A stretch of DNA of 64,000 nt, taken from a virus (taxonomy: Duplodnaviria > Caudoviricetes). How positions within the stretch are numbered: position 1 is the stretch's first letter; each line of letters starts with the position of its first letter. Shown here piece after piece: positions 34,743-44,108 of this stretch. The DNA is taken from positions 1 through 64,000 of IMG/VR virus record IMGVR_UViG_3300033069_001193. The stretch is one strand, 5' to 3'. Below the pieces are notes generated by a model that had not been told where the DNA came from, did not search any database, and saw nothing but the letters and a program-made list of their open reading frames with translations. The position numbers and the translations under genes are program-made.

Positions 34743-35690
34743 CTACAGGGGCATGCGCTTCCGAATCTCCTGCATTGCCAAGTCGTAGTGGCCCGGAGCC
34801 GGATGAAAGATCGCCGACAGTTCCAGCAACCGCTCGGCGGTCAGGGTCGACATGATAGGTTTGAGGAGCTTCTGGATCTTGGTCGGGTACAAGGCAACAT
34901 GCTTCAACATGGTGTTCTTGCTGACAGCCTGATCCATGTCCTCCCTCGAGAGCTCGGCCTGGTGTTCCTGGAACCACTGCAACGTCTCGATGGCTGCCTC
35001 GGCCAAGTGATCAGCAGTCGCAGGGGTCACGTGTTTGTAACCTTTGTGCCGCAACCACTTGAAGAAGCGGTTGACGGTCCACGGGGTCTTCCAGGTCGAC
35101 ACATGGATGACTTGTCCCCTCTCGAGGGCCTCCCAGTGCTCCGGGATGATAAGCTCGTCCTCAGTGAAGGCCACCATCCCGTTGTAGATGTCGAAGCGAG
35201 ACAGTTGTTCCTCGATTGGCATCACAAAGCGAGTGATCACCTGGATCCGAACGTCTCTCGGGACCACATGCTCGACTGCAGTTCCCGTCGCCGTCTCGGC
35301 TGCCCACACCGCGTTGCTCTCCATCATCTTGAGACGTCGCGGGTCGCTCAGAAAGCCATGAGCGGATGCATCATCCGGAAACCAGACGTCGATGTCACCG
35401 CAGCGAGGATTGACCCGCCACAGCGGCATGTTGAGAGGCATGAGCCGGGGATCTTTCGGAAGATCTAGGTGGCTTCGTACCCGGTGATGCAGGTTGCCGA
35501 TGATCTTGCTTTCCTGCAGGACGAACCACCGAGCCATCAACGTCCCAAAGCCTCCAGCGATGTAGCCTCCATGGTCGAAAGCCACACGTAGCAGGTGACA
35601 CGTCGTCCCAGTCAGGATGCGTTCACGGAACATCCTGACCAGGAGACGAAAAGGCAGAGGTCGCCTCTCGAAGTTGATCGAATCGGTCAC
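34743..35690 (-). CDS. Nucleotidyltransferase-fold protein, homolog of 150-1604
   Basis: YIAGGFG, GDIDVWF, IQVI, FDIYNGMVA. Confidence 0.65.
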   Translation of the reverse strand: MTDSINFERRPLPFRLLVRMFRERILTGTTCHLLRVAFDHGGYIAGGFGTLMARWFVLQESKIIGNLHHRVRSHLDLPKDPRLMPLNMPLWRVNPRCGDIDVWFPDDASAHGFLSDPRRLKMMESNAVWAAETATGTAVEHVVPRDVRIQVITRFVMPIEEQLSRFDIYNGMVAFTEDELIIPEHWEALERGQVIHVSTWKTPWTVNRFFKWLRHKGYKHVTPATADHLAEAAIETLQWFQEHQAELSREDMDQAVSKNTMLKHVALYPTKIQKLLKPIMSTLTAERLLELSAIFHPAPGHYDLAMQEIRKRMPL

Positions 35691-35870
35691 GTGATCACCC
35701 TTCAACGATCGTCCGGACCACGGTCGACTGATTGCGTGACTGTTGCATGTATGATGCCAACAGCATGTTGATCTCGAGGAGCTCTGCACGCAGAGGCTCC
35801 ACTGCCGCAAGTTGCTTCTCAAGCTCGTTCTTGCGAATCTCGAGAACAGTGCGGTGCTTGCACGATTCCG

Positions 35871-36212
35871 TCACGGAGACACCAGTTGCTGGAGGCGATC
35901 ACGCAGGAGGGCGACCTGTTCGATCGCCTGTTCGGCACCCTGGCCAGCCTCGAAGTACCGGCGGGCCATTTGTGCCTTTTTCGCCGGAGACCACTTCTTG
36001 GCACTTCGGCGCTGCATCAGGTCAGCGAGGCGCTGCTTACGACCTTCGGCGAAGGTGCCGTGACGGGCGTATCCCGCCATCATTGCCTCGAGCCGTTCGG
36101 GCGTGTCCTGCTGGGGAGCCACGGGTTGATTGCCGATGAGGGGACGCTTGTTTTCTTCCACGATCAGACCTCTCTTGGTCCCCATCACGGGGACCATGTG
36201 AATCCGCATCAC
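35871..36212 (-). CDS. Hypothetical protein
   Basis: 113-aa ORF in operon orientation. Confidence 0.5.
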   Translation of the reverse strand: MMRIHMVPVMGTKRGLIVEENKRPLIGNQPVAPQQDTPERLEAMMAGYARHGTFAEGRKQRLADLMQRRSAKKWSPAKKAQMARRYFEAGQGAEQAIEQVALLRDRLQQLVSP

Positions 36213-36217
36213 GGACT

Positions 36218-37012
36218 TTAACCTACTTCAAAGGCCTGCCTTTTTACAATAATGCGTTGCACCATGGTTTCAAAGGCTTGCTCGTCTCGTTCAAAGACAA
36301 GGAATCGTCGGCCTAGCTTGCTAGCTGCAAGTGCTGTGGTTCCTGAACCCGCAAACGGGTCAATGACCCACTCTCCCGGCCTCGTGTGTGCTTCGATCGG
36401 AACCTCGGCAGTGCGTTGGGCCTTTTGGGCATCGTGTACTTTGCCTCGCATCACTTCTGTGATGTCTGTCCAGACGTTGGCCCGACGATAGAACTCGCTC
36501 TTGGCCGGGTACCGCTCATCGTACCCTGTATAGCCGCGTTTCTCTTCCAGCAACGGCACGTTAAAGCACCGAGGCTTCTTGATGTTGGGACCGTTGATCA
36601 GGTAAGCGCATTCTTCTCGGGTGAACAGGTAGTTGTGTTGCACTCCATAGGCGCGGCGTTTTTTCCAGGTGATCAAGTTGGCAAGGCGCAGGTTCGTCTG
36701 CGACTCTACGTCGATCAAGTACCTGAGGAACGGTCGGAAGCCCGGCGTGCCGATGCCACCCCACACGTAGAAGGCTGCGTTGGGTAACAAGGCACGCGAC
36801 CACAGGTCGGTCCATAGCACCATCCAGTGAGCAAAGTCAGCCGCTGTGCCTTCCCACCTGTCCCATCCCACAGGCAACACGTTGCCGTAAGGAGGATCTG
36901 CGTGGATCAGCGGCACCTGTCCACCGCACAGTTCCAAGGCGAGCTCGACGGCTTCTTGTGTGGTCGAGTCTCCGCAGGCGGCATAGCCGCCTGCGAGGTC
37001 AACGACCTTCAC
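36218..37012 (-). CDS. DNA N6-adenine/N4-cytosine methyltransferase (beta arrangement)
   Basis: HADPPYG before VIDPFAGSGTT. Confidence 0.88.
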   Translation of the reverse strand: MKVVDLAGGYAACGDSTTQEAVELALELCGGQVPLIHADPPYGNVLPVGWDRWEGTAADFAHWMVLWTDLWSRALLPNAAFYVWGGIGTPGFRPFLRYLIDVESQTNLRLANLITWKKRRAYGVQHNYLFTREECAYLINGPNIKKPRCFNVPLLEEKRGYTGYDERYPAKSEFYRRANVWTDITEVMRGKVHDAQKAQRTAEVPIEAHTRPGEWVIDPFAGSGTTALAASKLGRRFLVFERDEQAFETMVQRIIVKRQAFEVG

Positions 37013-37821
37013 GCTACCTCTACCAGCCCCTGCAGCTCAGGCCTGTCGTACTCGGCTCCACCGACCAGGACCCTCAAGTTGTTGGTGATCTTGCCTTCGA
37101 ACTTGCCGTGGGTGTGACCGCACAGCACGGTGAAGGTGTGGTTCGGGAAGGCCTGTGAGGCCGCCAGCAGCATATCACCCATCATCTTTGACGTGAACCA
37201 AGGCTGCGCGTGCTCATCACCCACTTTTCCTTCGTGGACGTGCGTCTCACGAAACGGTGGATAGTGCGTCAGGACAATGATGTTTTTGTGATAGCGCGTT
37301 GCCCTCTTGATGCCTTCATGAACGTGTAGCACGCCTTCATGTGCCAGCTTGCGAGCCTGAGTGACGATAGTCGCCTTGTTGCTGTTGACTTGACGGAAGT
37401 CGTGAATCGCCTTCCAGTCGACCATCTGGTAATTGCTGCCTTGCCAGTCGCCGATGTGAGCATCGTACCAGCCATCGTGACCCACAACAGCAGTGGTGGG
37501 CGTCAGGCCGTAGTACGGCATCGTCGGCATGTAGCGTAGGAAGGAGCTCATCCGAGACAGCTCCTTCATCCGCTTGCGGACTTCGTCGATCTGCCCCCCG
37601 AAGTAGTCATGGTTACCCAGGACGAAGTAGACGGGTCGCTGAGCGACACGTTCGATCGCCGACAGATGGTAGACCAGTTTCGGTGCGACAGACAGGTCAC
37701 CTGTCAACAGGATGCCTGTCGGATTGTTCTTGATGAGTGATTCTGCGAAGGTGACCAGGCGCTGGTCGTCATCCCGCAGAAAGTCGAGATGGATATCGGT
37801 GGCCCATGCGTAGTGCGGCAT
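37009..37821 (-). CDS. Calcineurin-like metallophosphoesterase
   Basis: TDIHL, TGDL, LGNHDY, THYPP, CGHTH. Confidence 0.88.
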   Translation of the reverse strand: MPHYAWATDIHLDFLRDDDQRLVTFAESLIKNNPTGILLTGDLSVAPKLVYHLSAIERVAQRPVYFVLGNHDYFGGQIDEVRKRMKELSRMSSFLRYMPTMPYYGLTPTTAVVGHDGWYDAHIGDWQGSNYQMVDWKAIHDFRQVNSNKATIVTQARKLAHEGVLHVHEGIKRATRYHKNIIVLTHYPPFRETHVHEGKVGDEHAQPWFTSKMMGDMLLAASQAFPNHTFTVLCGHTHGKFEGKITNNLRVLVGGAEYDRPELQGLVEVA

Positions 37822-37862
37822 AAGCCGATCGTACCGCACGCGCGGTACCGTGTACAGAACTA

Positions 37863-38240
37863 TCACCGTGGCGGGGAACTCTGCACAGGCCAGCACTTCG
37901 AGCAGGGCCCAACATCCAGGTGTTCCCGGTTGCAGAAGCGATCGTTAATGACCTCAAGGCAACGGGCCTTGGCCTCTTCCGGCGTCTTGAACTGGTGCCC
38001 CGCAGCGAAGACCTCGCCTGTCACCGGATGGTAGGCCGTCCAGCTCCACTTGCCACGGACGTCGGCGCCGCCGTCGACACGCAACCAGACATCGGCCGCA
38101 CGATCCCTTGCGCCCGTCACCGACAGACTCACGTTGGAAGCGTCGAAGAAATACCCGAGCTCCCACCACAGGTCGAAGCCGCCCTCCCTGTCGTCGACCC
38201 AGTCGCCGAGGAAGGCGTTGTATGACAGCTTGATGTTCAC
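37863..38240 (-). CDS. Hypothetical protein
   Basis: Coupled ORF; C-terminal C..H..PCSKC. Confidence 0.55.
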   Translation of the reverse strand: MNIKLSYNAFLGDWVDDREGGFDLWWELGYFFDASNVSLSVTGARDRAADVWLRVDGGADVRGKWSWTAYHPVTGEVFAAGHQFKTPEEAKARCLEVINDRFCNREHLDVGPCSKCWPVQSSPPR

Positions 38241-38680
38241 TTCATCTCCTTGAAACGTAGGGGCAGCTCATACGAGCTGGTGTCCATGCAGAAAGGAACC
38301 AGCCAACGCAAGTTCCTCAACGTGTTCTGATCAGAAAGGCGATCGACATACCAGTACTCCACCTGCTCGTGGGTCAACTGAACGCCAACAGCGCTTTCCA
38401 GGAATGAATCGTCGAAACGGCCCCGGAAGAAGGTGACCTCCCACTGTGGACTGTCGAGGACAGCAAACAACTGCCAGTCACCTGGCGACGTCTGCAGTCC
38501 GGTCTCCTCGTGGAATTCCCTCACCATGGCATCGATGGGTTGTTCACCAAGCTCCAACTTGCCACCCACGCCGTTGAGCTTGCCGGCCTGCGAGGCGGGC
38601 TTCTGCTTGCGAATCAGCAACAAGCCTGTCATGTCGTGTGAAAAAGCAAAGCCCACCACACCTCGCGTCCTGTCATTCAC
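38237..38680 (-). CDS. Nudix hydrolase
   Basis: GVGGKLELGEQPIDAMVREFHEETG Nudix box. Confidence 0.9.
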   Translation of the reverse strand: MNDRTRGVVGFAFSHDMTGLLLIRKQKPASQAGKLNGVGGKLELGEQPIDAMVREFHEETGLQTSPGDWQLFAVLDSPQWEVTFFRGRFDDSFLESAVGVQLTHEQVEYWYVDRLSDQNTLRNLRWLVPFCMDTSSYELPLRFKEMK

Positions 38681-38719
38681 TTGGCAACCTCGTTGCGGGC
38701 CGACAAGCGGTTCGGAAGC

Positions 38720-39043
38720 TCACAGTGACACTCCTACGTCCACTCGGATCTGGACTTGGGCCTCGGCCATCTTCGCAGCGAAGATGAAGAAGTTCTTCTT
38801 GGACTGTGTCGCCTCGCCCACCCACTGCTCGAGGACGTCCTTCGAAGGAAAGGCGTAATAGCGGACGATGGGCCTCTGGTAGCTGCCCCCACCTTCGGTG
38901 TGACTCCACCCACTGTCAATGTTGACGGTGTCAAAGACACAGGCTGCGTAGTGCGAGGCCTTGGGGGCCTGGGCCGCTTCGCAGACTTCGTACTCCCGCC
39001 AGTTGTAGTCGCTGTAGTCACGAATACCGAGCATCGAATTCAT
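38720..39043 (-). CDS. Hypothetical protein
   Basis: GGAGG upstream of ATG. Confidence 0.55.
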   Translation of the reverse strand: MNSMLGIRDYSDYNWREYEVCEAAQAPKASHYAACVFDTVNIDSGWSHTEGGGSYQRPIVRYYAFPSKDVLEQWVGEATQSKKNFFIFAAKMAEAQVQIRVDVGVSL

Positions 39044-39101
39044 CTGAACCTCCTGGGCCTCTGAAGCCAGTCTAGTCCGGCTCGGGCCAAGATTGCATTG
39101 C

Positions 39102-39326
39102 TCAACACGGATTGCTGCGGTAGTGTTGGACCAACATCAGAACCTCATCTACTTGCAAGTCGTCGCAGTCCTTGTACGACTTACCCATGTGATGTTGGAT
39201 GCGCTCCCACAGGTGAGCGTACGGATTACGCTTGCTGAGACCCGGATGGAGCGGGAGCTTCCCATCGAGGTGGGCTCCCGCCTCCTTGACCGCCTCCTGG
39301 ACTCGTTTGCGGTTGTCAGGCGACAC
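39102..39326 (-). CDS. Hypothetical protein
   Basis: GTG overlapping the PNK stop; RNPYAHLWERI..GKSYKD. Confidence 0.55.
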   Translation of the reverse strand: MSPDNRKRVQEAVKEAGAHLDGKLPLHPGLSKRNPYAHLWERIQHHMGKSYKDCDDLQVDEVLMLVQHYRSNPC

Positions 39327-40348
39327 TAGAACGCGCCTGGTGCGACCTGAAAACACGTCAGGCCCATCGTCCGCCACTGGTCGACCACCTGGTCCCGATC
39401 GTCCAACACGAAGAGGACATTGTACTTGCCAGCGACGTGAGCAACATACAGTTCCTCCTTGATGATGTTGTCCTTACGGGTGTCGTTTTGAGTCAGGTCG
39501 AGCTCACCGCGCATGTGCAGCTCGTACGGAATGGGCGCCGGCAGCGCCACGAGCCGATCTTCGTGTCGACCCAGGCAATGTTCGCAGTTGCAGACGCAGT
39601 ACTTCTCGATGAAGCGCACCGTCTCCGGACGATACTTGACGTCCCGGCCTGACATGAAGATGACCTTCACCCCCTGCTTGTGCATCGCCATGACCGCCTG
39701 GATGACAGGCCAGTTCGGCTTGTCCTTGACGTCGCAGTCGGTCGCATCATAGGGCGATCGCCCGTCGATGAGTGCCAGCGTCCCGTCCAGGTCACACATG
39801 ATGGCCTTGGGCAGCCTGCTGTCAGGATCAAAGCCGGCGCAGGTGCCTTCGGCACCGGTCGGAGCCCAGCGCGGTGGGTAGTAGTTGGTCTTGTCGTTCA
39901 GCTTGCGGCCCTTCTCCAAACCGGCCCCTCGCGCCATGTCACGGATCACCTTCTCACCGACGTGGGCGAAGCCGGTGCGAGCAGCGTCACGCTTGACGCA
40001 GGTTTCCACATCGATGTTGATGCCCTTCTCGATGACGGTGACGTCGCCGATGCTGGCTGCCAGTTGGTGCAGCTTCTTGACCGTCATCGACACCAAGTGA
40101 GTGTCGTCCAGGATGACGTCGTAGCCTGCCTTGAACGCCTCGCGGACTGCCTGTTCCTTGAGGACCCTCATCAGGTCCTCACGGTTGTCATCGCGCACGT
40201 GTGGATTGTTGCCCGGGCCCACCGCCATTCCTCGCAAGTCGTCTCTGTTGATCCGCACGAACCTCTTCGGCTCCTTGCGGATCAACTCTGCAGCGACGGT
40301 GCTCTTACCTGAGCCTGGAAGCCCGCGAAGGATAAAGAGAGTTCGCAT
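39326..40348 (-). CDS. Polynucleotide 5'-kinase/3'-phosphatase (T4 PseT-like)
   Basis: GLPGSGKST, RINRDDLR, CDLDGTLA, MSGR, LDDRDQVVDQWR..GL.CFQV. Confidence 0.92.
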   Translation of the reverse strand: MRTLFILRGLPGSGKSTVAAELIRKEPKRFVRINRDDLRGMAVGPGNNPHVRDDNREDLMRVLKEQAVREAFKAGYDVILDDTHLVSMTVKKLHQLAASIGDVTVIEKGINIDVETCVKRDAARTGFAHVGEKVIRDMARGAGLEKGRKLNDKTNYYPPRWAPTGAEGTCAGFDPDSRLPKAIMCDLDGTLALIDGRSPYDATDCDVKDKPNWPVIQAVMAMHKQGVKVIFMSGRDVKYRPETVRFIEKYCVCNCEHCLGRHEDRLVALPAPIPYELHMRGELDLTQNDTRKDNIIKEELYVAHVAGKYNVLFVLDDRDQVVDQWRTMGLTCFQVAPGAF

Positions 40349-40413
40349 CGAGTTTTAACCTTGTCCTTTCTGTCAACTTGACAATGCCTGAGGCCTCGAG
40401 TTCAGCCAAGACA

Positions 40414-40600
40414 CTACGACAACGTCCGTGAGTTCGTACGACCACCCACGTGATTTGTAAAAATCTTGTGCAGCTTGGGCTTGGCCTTCACAGCAGCTGT
40501 ACCTTGAAGGGTCGCAGGTTTGCACTCGACCATTCTCGTGTCATCTACGATGAAATCTGGGTAGTACGTCCTTTGTTGACCCCAACCGCTGATCAACGTA
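40414..40600 (-). pseudogene. Fragment of a TnsA-like endonuclease
   Basis: QRTYYPDFIVDDTRMVECKP..KAK resembles KRTYLPDFQIGSTVYEIKP of 45513-46322; no N-terminus or plausible start. Confidence 0.6.
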
Positions 40601-41075
40601 CGATCTCGTGCTCGCGGTAGGTGGCCTTGCGTGCTGCGTCCTCGCGCTCCTTCTTGGCCTTTGCCTCGGCGACGCGAGCGGCCTGGTCGACGACCCGCAC
40701 CTCGGTGACCATGAACTCGATCAGCTCGGGCACCGAAGGTTGCTGAGGGGCGTTCAGGCGAGGTCCAACAGGAACCGAGCTCAGCTTGGTGACCATCGCC
40801 TGAGCCGGGCCCTTGCGTGTCCACACCTTGCCGTCTTCCACCTTGTCTCGCCAGCCCGTACTTCCCGCTCGAGAATACGTGTGGTAGTACTTGCCGTTGC
40901 AGCGAACCGCATAGAAGGTCGCCAGCGGCGCGGCCGGTTCAGGAGGGACCACAGGTGCCGGTTTGTACCGCGAGCTGTGCTTGCAGTCGCTCTCGTAGCA
41001 GTCACAGTCGCCTCCGTGAGCGTCCTGTCGCCCGCAACTGTGCCCGCAGCCTGCATTGTTCCAACAGAATGCCAT
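40593..41075 (-). CDS. Hypothetical protein with Cys-rich N-terminus
   Basis: GAGAGG upstream; CWNNAGCGHSC..CDC..C. Confidence 0.55.
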   Translation of the reverse strand: MAFCWNNAGCGHSCGRQDAHGGDCDCYESDCKHSSRYKPAPVVPPEPAAPLATFYAVRCNGKYYHTYSRAGSTGWRDKVEDGKVWTRKGPAQAMVTKLSSVPVGPRLNAPQQPSVPELIEFMVTEVRVVDQAARVAEAKAKKEREDAARKATYREHEIVR

Positions 41076-41212
41076 CGTACCTCTCGAGGACCGTACACGG
41101 CCTCAAGACCGCTTTTCAACCCCTCAAGAGCCTTTTTGTGGCCCACCCAGGCCACACGGACAATTCGTGGGCCAGGGGCCGGTGACTACTACGGCCATCA
41201 CGTGCCTTTTTC

Positions 41213-42169
41213 TCACCCGTAGAGGCTGAGGTACCGTTCAGTCATCCCGACGACCAGCCTGTCGAGGGCGACGCGATCGGGTTCCTTACGCAAGGTCGAC
41301 GTCTTGTAGAGATCGTCGCACCGGGCCTCAAGAATCTTGATCCGCTCGATCAGGGCATCGTACGCAAGGTCGCCATGGCGCACGTTGAGCAGGAAGTCGC
41401 GGTCGCCTCGCTCCCGGCGATCAACATACACGCGGTGATCCTCCAAGATCTCGAGTGCCATCGTCCCCAGGCGCATCAGGTGCATCCCATGTTTGGTGTC
41501 GTAGCCGAACTTGGCCTCCAGTTCCGCACGGGCCGGGTTCCGCGTCTTCTTCCAGTGAAGGTACTGATCGTAGCACTGCTTGGCCGACTGATACTGCTTC
41601 TCCCGAGTGAAGATGGTCAACATGTCCTTCGACACCTCGACCTCAAGGCCCTCTGCCACCGCCGCATCGAAGGCACCCAGCTCAGAGGCGGTCACCTTGG
41701 TCGTCTCGCTGAGACCGAACTCCTTGCGGGCCGGCGGGGCCAGGGGTGGAGCCAGCAGCCACGAGCGATGCGTCTTGATGCGTTTCAACTGGGCATGGGC
41801 GTAGCCCATGAAGGTGAACTTCGCCTTCTTCGACAGGAAGTCGTTGGCATGGGCTCGCAGTTCCTCACCAAACTCATCGATGTGCAGGATGGAACTCTCC
41901 CCGACGTGCAGGATCTCGATGATGTTCGGGTTGCAGTCGGCTGCCAACTTGGCGAACTTGCCGAGGGCATAGACGACACTGTCGACGCCGTCAGACTTGG
42001 AACCCATGTGTTCCTGCTGCTCGAAGTTGCGAAAAAATCCAAGGTGGTACTCCTTGGGAGCGATACAGACACCCTTGAAGTCCTCGTCAGACGTCGGGAC
42101 ATTGAGCCCGTAGGCGTGGCTCCCGTGACGGACGTATAGGATAGTTCGCTGTTGTACGTCAAATTCCAT
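41213..42169 (-). CDS. Phage nucleotidyltransferase (Pol beta superfamily)
   Basis: HGSHAYGLNVPTSDEDFKG, NPNIIEIL, GYAHAQL, GYDTKHGMHLMRL. Confidence 0.85.
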   Translation of the reverse strand: MEFDVQQRTILYVRHGSHAYGLNVPTSDEDFKGVCIAPKEYHLGFFRNFEQQEHMGSKSDGVDSVVYALGKFAKLAADCNPNIIEILHVGESSILHIDEFGEELRAHANDFLSKKAKFTFMGYAHAQLKRIKTHRSWLLAPPLAPPARKEFGLSETTKVTASELGAFDAAVAEGLEVEVSKDMLTIFTREKQYQSAKQCYDQYLHWKKTRNPARAELEAKFGYDTKHGMHLMRLGTMALEILEDHRVYVDRRERGDRDFLLNVRHGDLAYDALIERIKILEARCDDLYKTSTLRKEPDRVALDRLVVGMTERYLSLYG

Positions 42170-42211
42170 GGTTTCGGCCTCCGAGGCAAGAGAAAGGATC
42201 GCGAGCGGGTG

Positions 42212-42646
42212 TTAACGGGTCACATAGTCGATGGGCACCCGCCGGGGTGCAAACGCGCTCGGCTTCAGGCGCTCGACACGAACGCGAAGCTGTCCATTCG
42301 CCATCGTTGCAGACGCGGTCGACAGATCGAAGTCTGCCGACAGAGTGTAACGCTGGGTGAAGCTCACGCTGTCTCGCACGCCCTTGACGATGACCTGCTT
42401 GTAGGTCACGGTCAGGACGACGTCCTGAGGGGCGATTCCAGGCAAGTCGACGTCGAGGATGAGCGACTCACCGTCCAGCGTCGTCCTGTACGGATGACGT
42501 TCGCTAGAGGTGACGGGTTTGGGCGGCAGCACGTCGACGTTCACCTCGGTCGAGGTGAACGTGCTGGGCAGTTCGTGGTTCTGTCCAAAGAGGGTCTTCA
42601 GCAGCCCACCCAATGAACCGTCGCTTGACTTCTTGCGCTCATTCAT
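42212..42646 (-). CDS. Small heat-shock protein (HSP20)
   Basis: LDVDLPGIAPQDV, FTQRYTL, ATMANGQLRV; TATAGT 7 nt upstream of ATG. Confidence 0.8.
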   Translation of the reverse strand: MNERKKSSDGSLGGLLKTLFGQNHELPSTFTSTEVNVDVLPPKPVTSSERHPYRTTLDGESLILDVDLPGIAPQDVVLTVTYKQVIVKGVRDSVSFTQRYTLSADFDLSTASATMANGQLRVRVERLKPSAFAPRRVPIDYVTR

Positions 42647-42696
42647 GACCGCCACTATAGGCCGGTCATGGGCCGGTTTGCACCAGCCCTGTCACT

Positions 42697-43068
42697 TCAC
42701 TTCGCCAGGACTTCGATCTTTCGACCACGGGCCTTCTTGGTCTTCGGGAAGTCAAGGCTCAACACACCGTGTTCCATTCGTGCAGTGATGGCATCAATGT
42801 CGTAGGCCTCACTGATCTGCCACGACAATGCAGCGCCCGTTTGGCCACGGGTGTACTTGACCTTAACGACGCTGCCTTCGACGGTGACGTCAAGATCGGC
42901 AGGCTTGACCCCGGGTAGGTCGACCTCTAGCGTCCCGCCATCTTCACGAAGAATCTCACGACGGGCCTGAGTCCTCCGGGCCGAGGCGTCATAAGTCCGG
43001 CCTGAGCCAAAGAACAAACCGAAGATGTCATCATGAGTCACCAGTGAACCAGCACGCTTTACAGACAT
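42697..43068 (-). CDS. Small heat-shock protein (HSP20)
   Basis: LEVDLPGVKPADLDV, ARMEHGVLSLDFPK..GRKIEV. Confidence 0.85.
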   Translation of the reverse strand: MSVKRAGSLVTHDDIFGLFFGSGRTYDASARRTQARREILREDGGTLEVDLPGVKPADLDVTVEGSVVKVKYTRGQTGAALSWQISEAYDIDAITARMEHGVLSLDFPKTKKARGRKIEVLAK

Positions 43069-43152
43069 TGCAGTCTCGCTCCTTTGCCGAGGCACTTTCC
43101 GTACTGCCTCAAGCAGTGAGAATGATAATCACTGACCAGGGACTTGGGAAGG

Positions 43153-43404
43153 CTATGGACGCACTTTTTGTCCATCGTCGTACAGGAGGCGTTGGAACCT
43201 GTCACCCACGTGTTCGATGTCTTCAATCCTGTCAGGAAACGCGCTGGTGCCATAGTGCACCAGGCGACGACCCACCACGTTCGAAGCGAGGGCGGTCAAT
43301 TGGGCGATCTGCAGAGGCGTGAACTTCTCATCGCTGTCTCTGTCAAGCGAACAGACCTTGACCTCACGGCCGTCGACCTTCAACCAGACAGACAACTCAC
43401 TCAT
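43153..43404 (-). CDS. Hypothetical protein
   Basis: Coupled ORF. Confidence 0.5.
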   Translation of the reverse strand: MSELSVWLKVDGREVKVCSLDRDSDEKFTPLQIAQLTALASNVVGRRLVHYGTSAFPDRIEDIEHVGDRFQRLLYDDGQKVRP

Positions 43405-43787
43405 CAGTAGCCACCGTTGATGCGTTGCGTGTTGATGAGACCCTTGCGCATGTAAGCCTGAAATAGCTCATCAGGAGTTATACCGCTAGCGATCGCCAGC
43501 TCGACGTAGAGGTGCAGGGCATCGACCAGTTCCTCCAAGTATGCCTCACGGTCCACATCAGGCAGCTCGGTCGCTCGGTGCGATTTTGCGTTCTTGAGGT
43601 GCTGTCCGGCCTCGAACAGTTCCTCCATCATGTGATTTCGAATGTCCTTGAGGAACTGTTGGCCTCTCTTGGAGGCCAAATCAGTCGGAAAGTCCGGAAA
43701 ACCACGCTTCTCCTGCAACAGACGCATGAAGCTAGCCTGTTGGTCGAACATTTGTACCAGTCTGTCTCCACGATCATTGTGCTCCAT
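43404..43787 (-). CDS. MazG-like / all-alpha dUTPase-dCTPase family pyrophosphatase
   Basis: EELFEA..YLEELVDALHLY..Y.RK..IN.QR. Confidence 0.75.
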   Translation of the reverse strand: MEHNDRGDRLVQMFDQQASFMRLLQEKRGFPDFPTDLASKRGQQFLKDIRNHMMEELFEAGQHLKNAKSHRATELPDVDREAYLEELVDALHLYVELAIASGITPDELFQAYMRKGLINTQRINGGY

Positions 43788-43794
43788 ACGTTCC

Positions 43795-44061
43795 TCAGTT
43801 CGAACCGCCAGGGATGATGAACTTGGGGCCAACGGATGCAGCTGCCTGCATTTCGCGGGCCTGCTTCAGCATCTTCTCGTGCATGTCCTTGACCTGCCGC
43901 TCGTAGTCGGGCGACAGTACCAAGTGATTGGGATCTGTCTCATCCGGAACGACCCTGACCTGACGTAGCAGGTCGCTACATTCAACGCCTGTCAACATTG
44001 CCTCTTGGACGATCTGTACGACGCGGTGCCAGACGCTGTCTCGAAACTTCATCTCTGCCAT
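43795..44061 (-). CDS. Hypothetical protein
   Basis: TAGGAT 6 nt upstream of ATG. Confidence 0.6.
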   Translation of the reverse strand: MAEMKFRDSVWHRVVQIVQEAMLTGVECSDLLRQVRVVPDETDPNHLVLSPDYERQVKDMHEKMLKQAREMQAAASVGPKFIIPGGSN

Positions 44062-44108
44062 GAACGCATCCTACAACGCCTGACGCCCGTGTACCCGATT
44101 GTCGGCTC

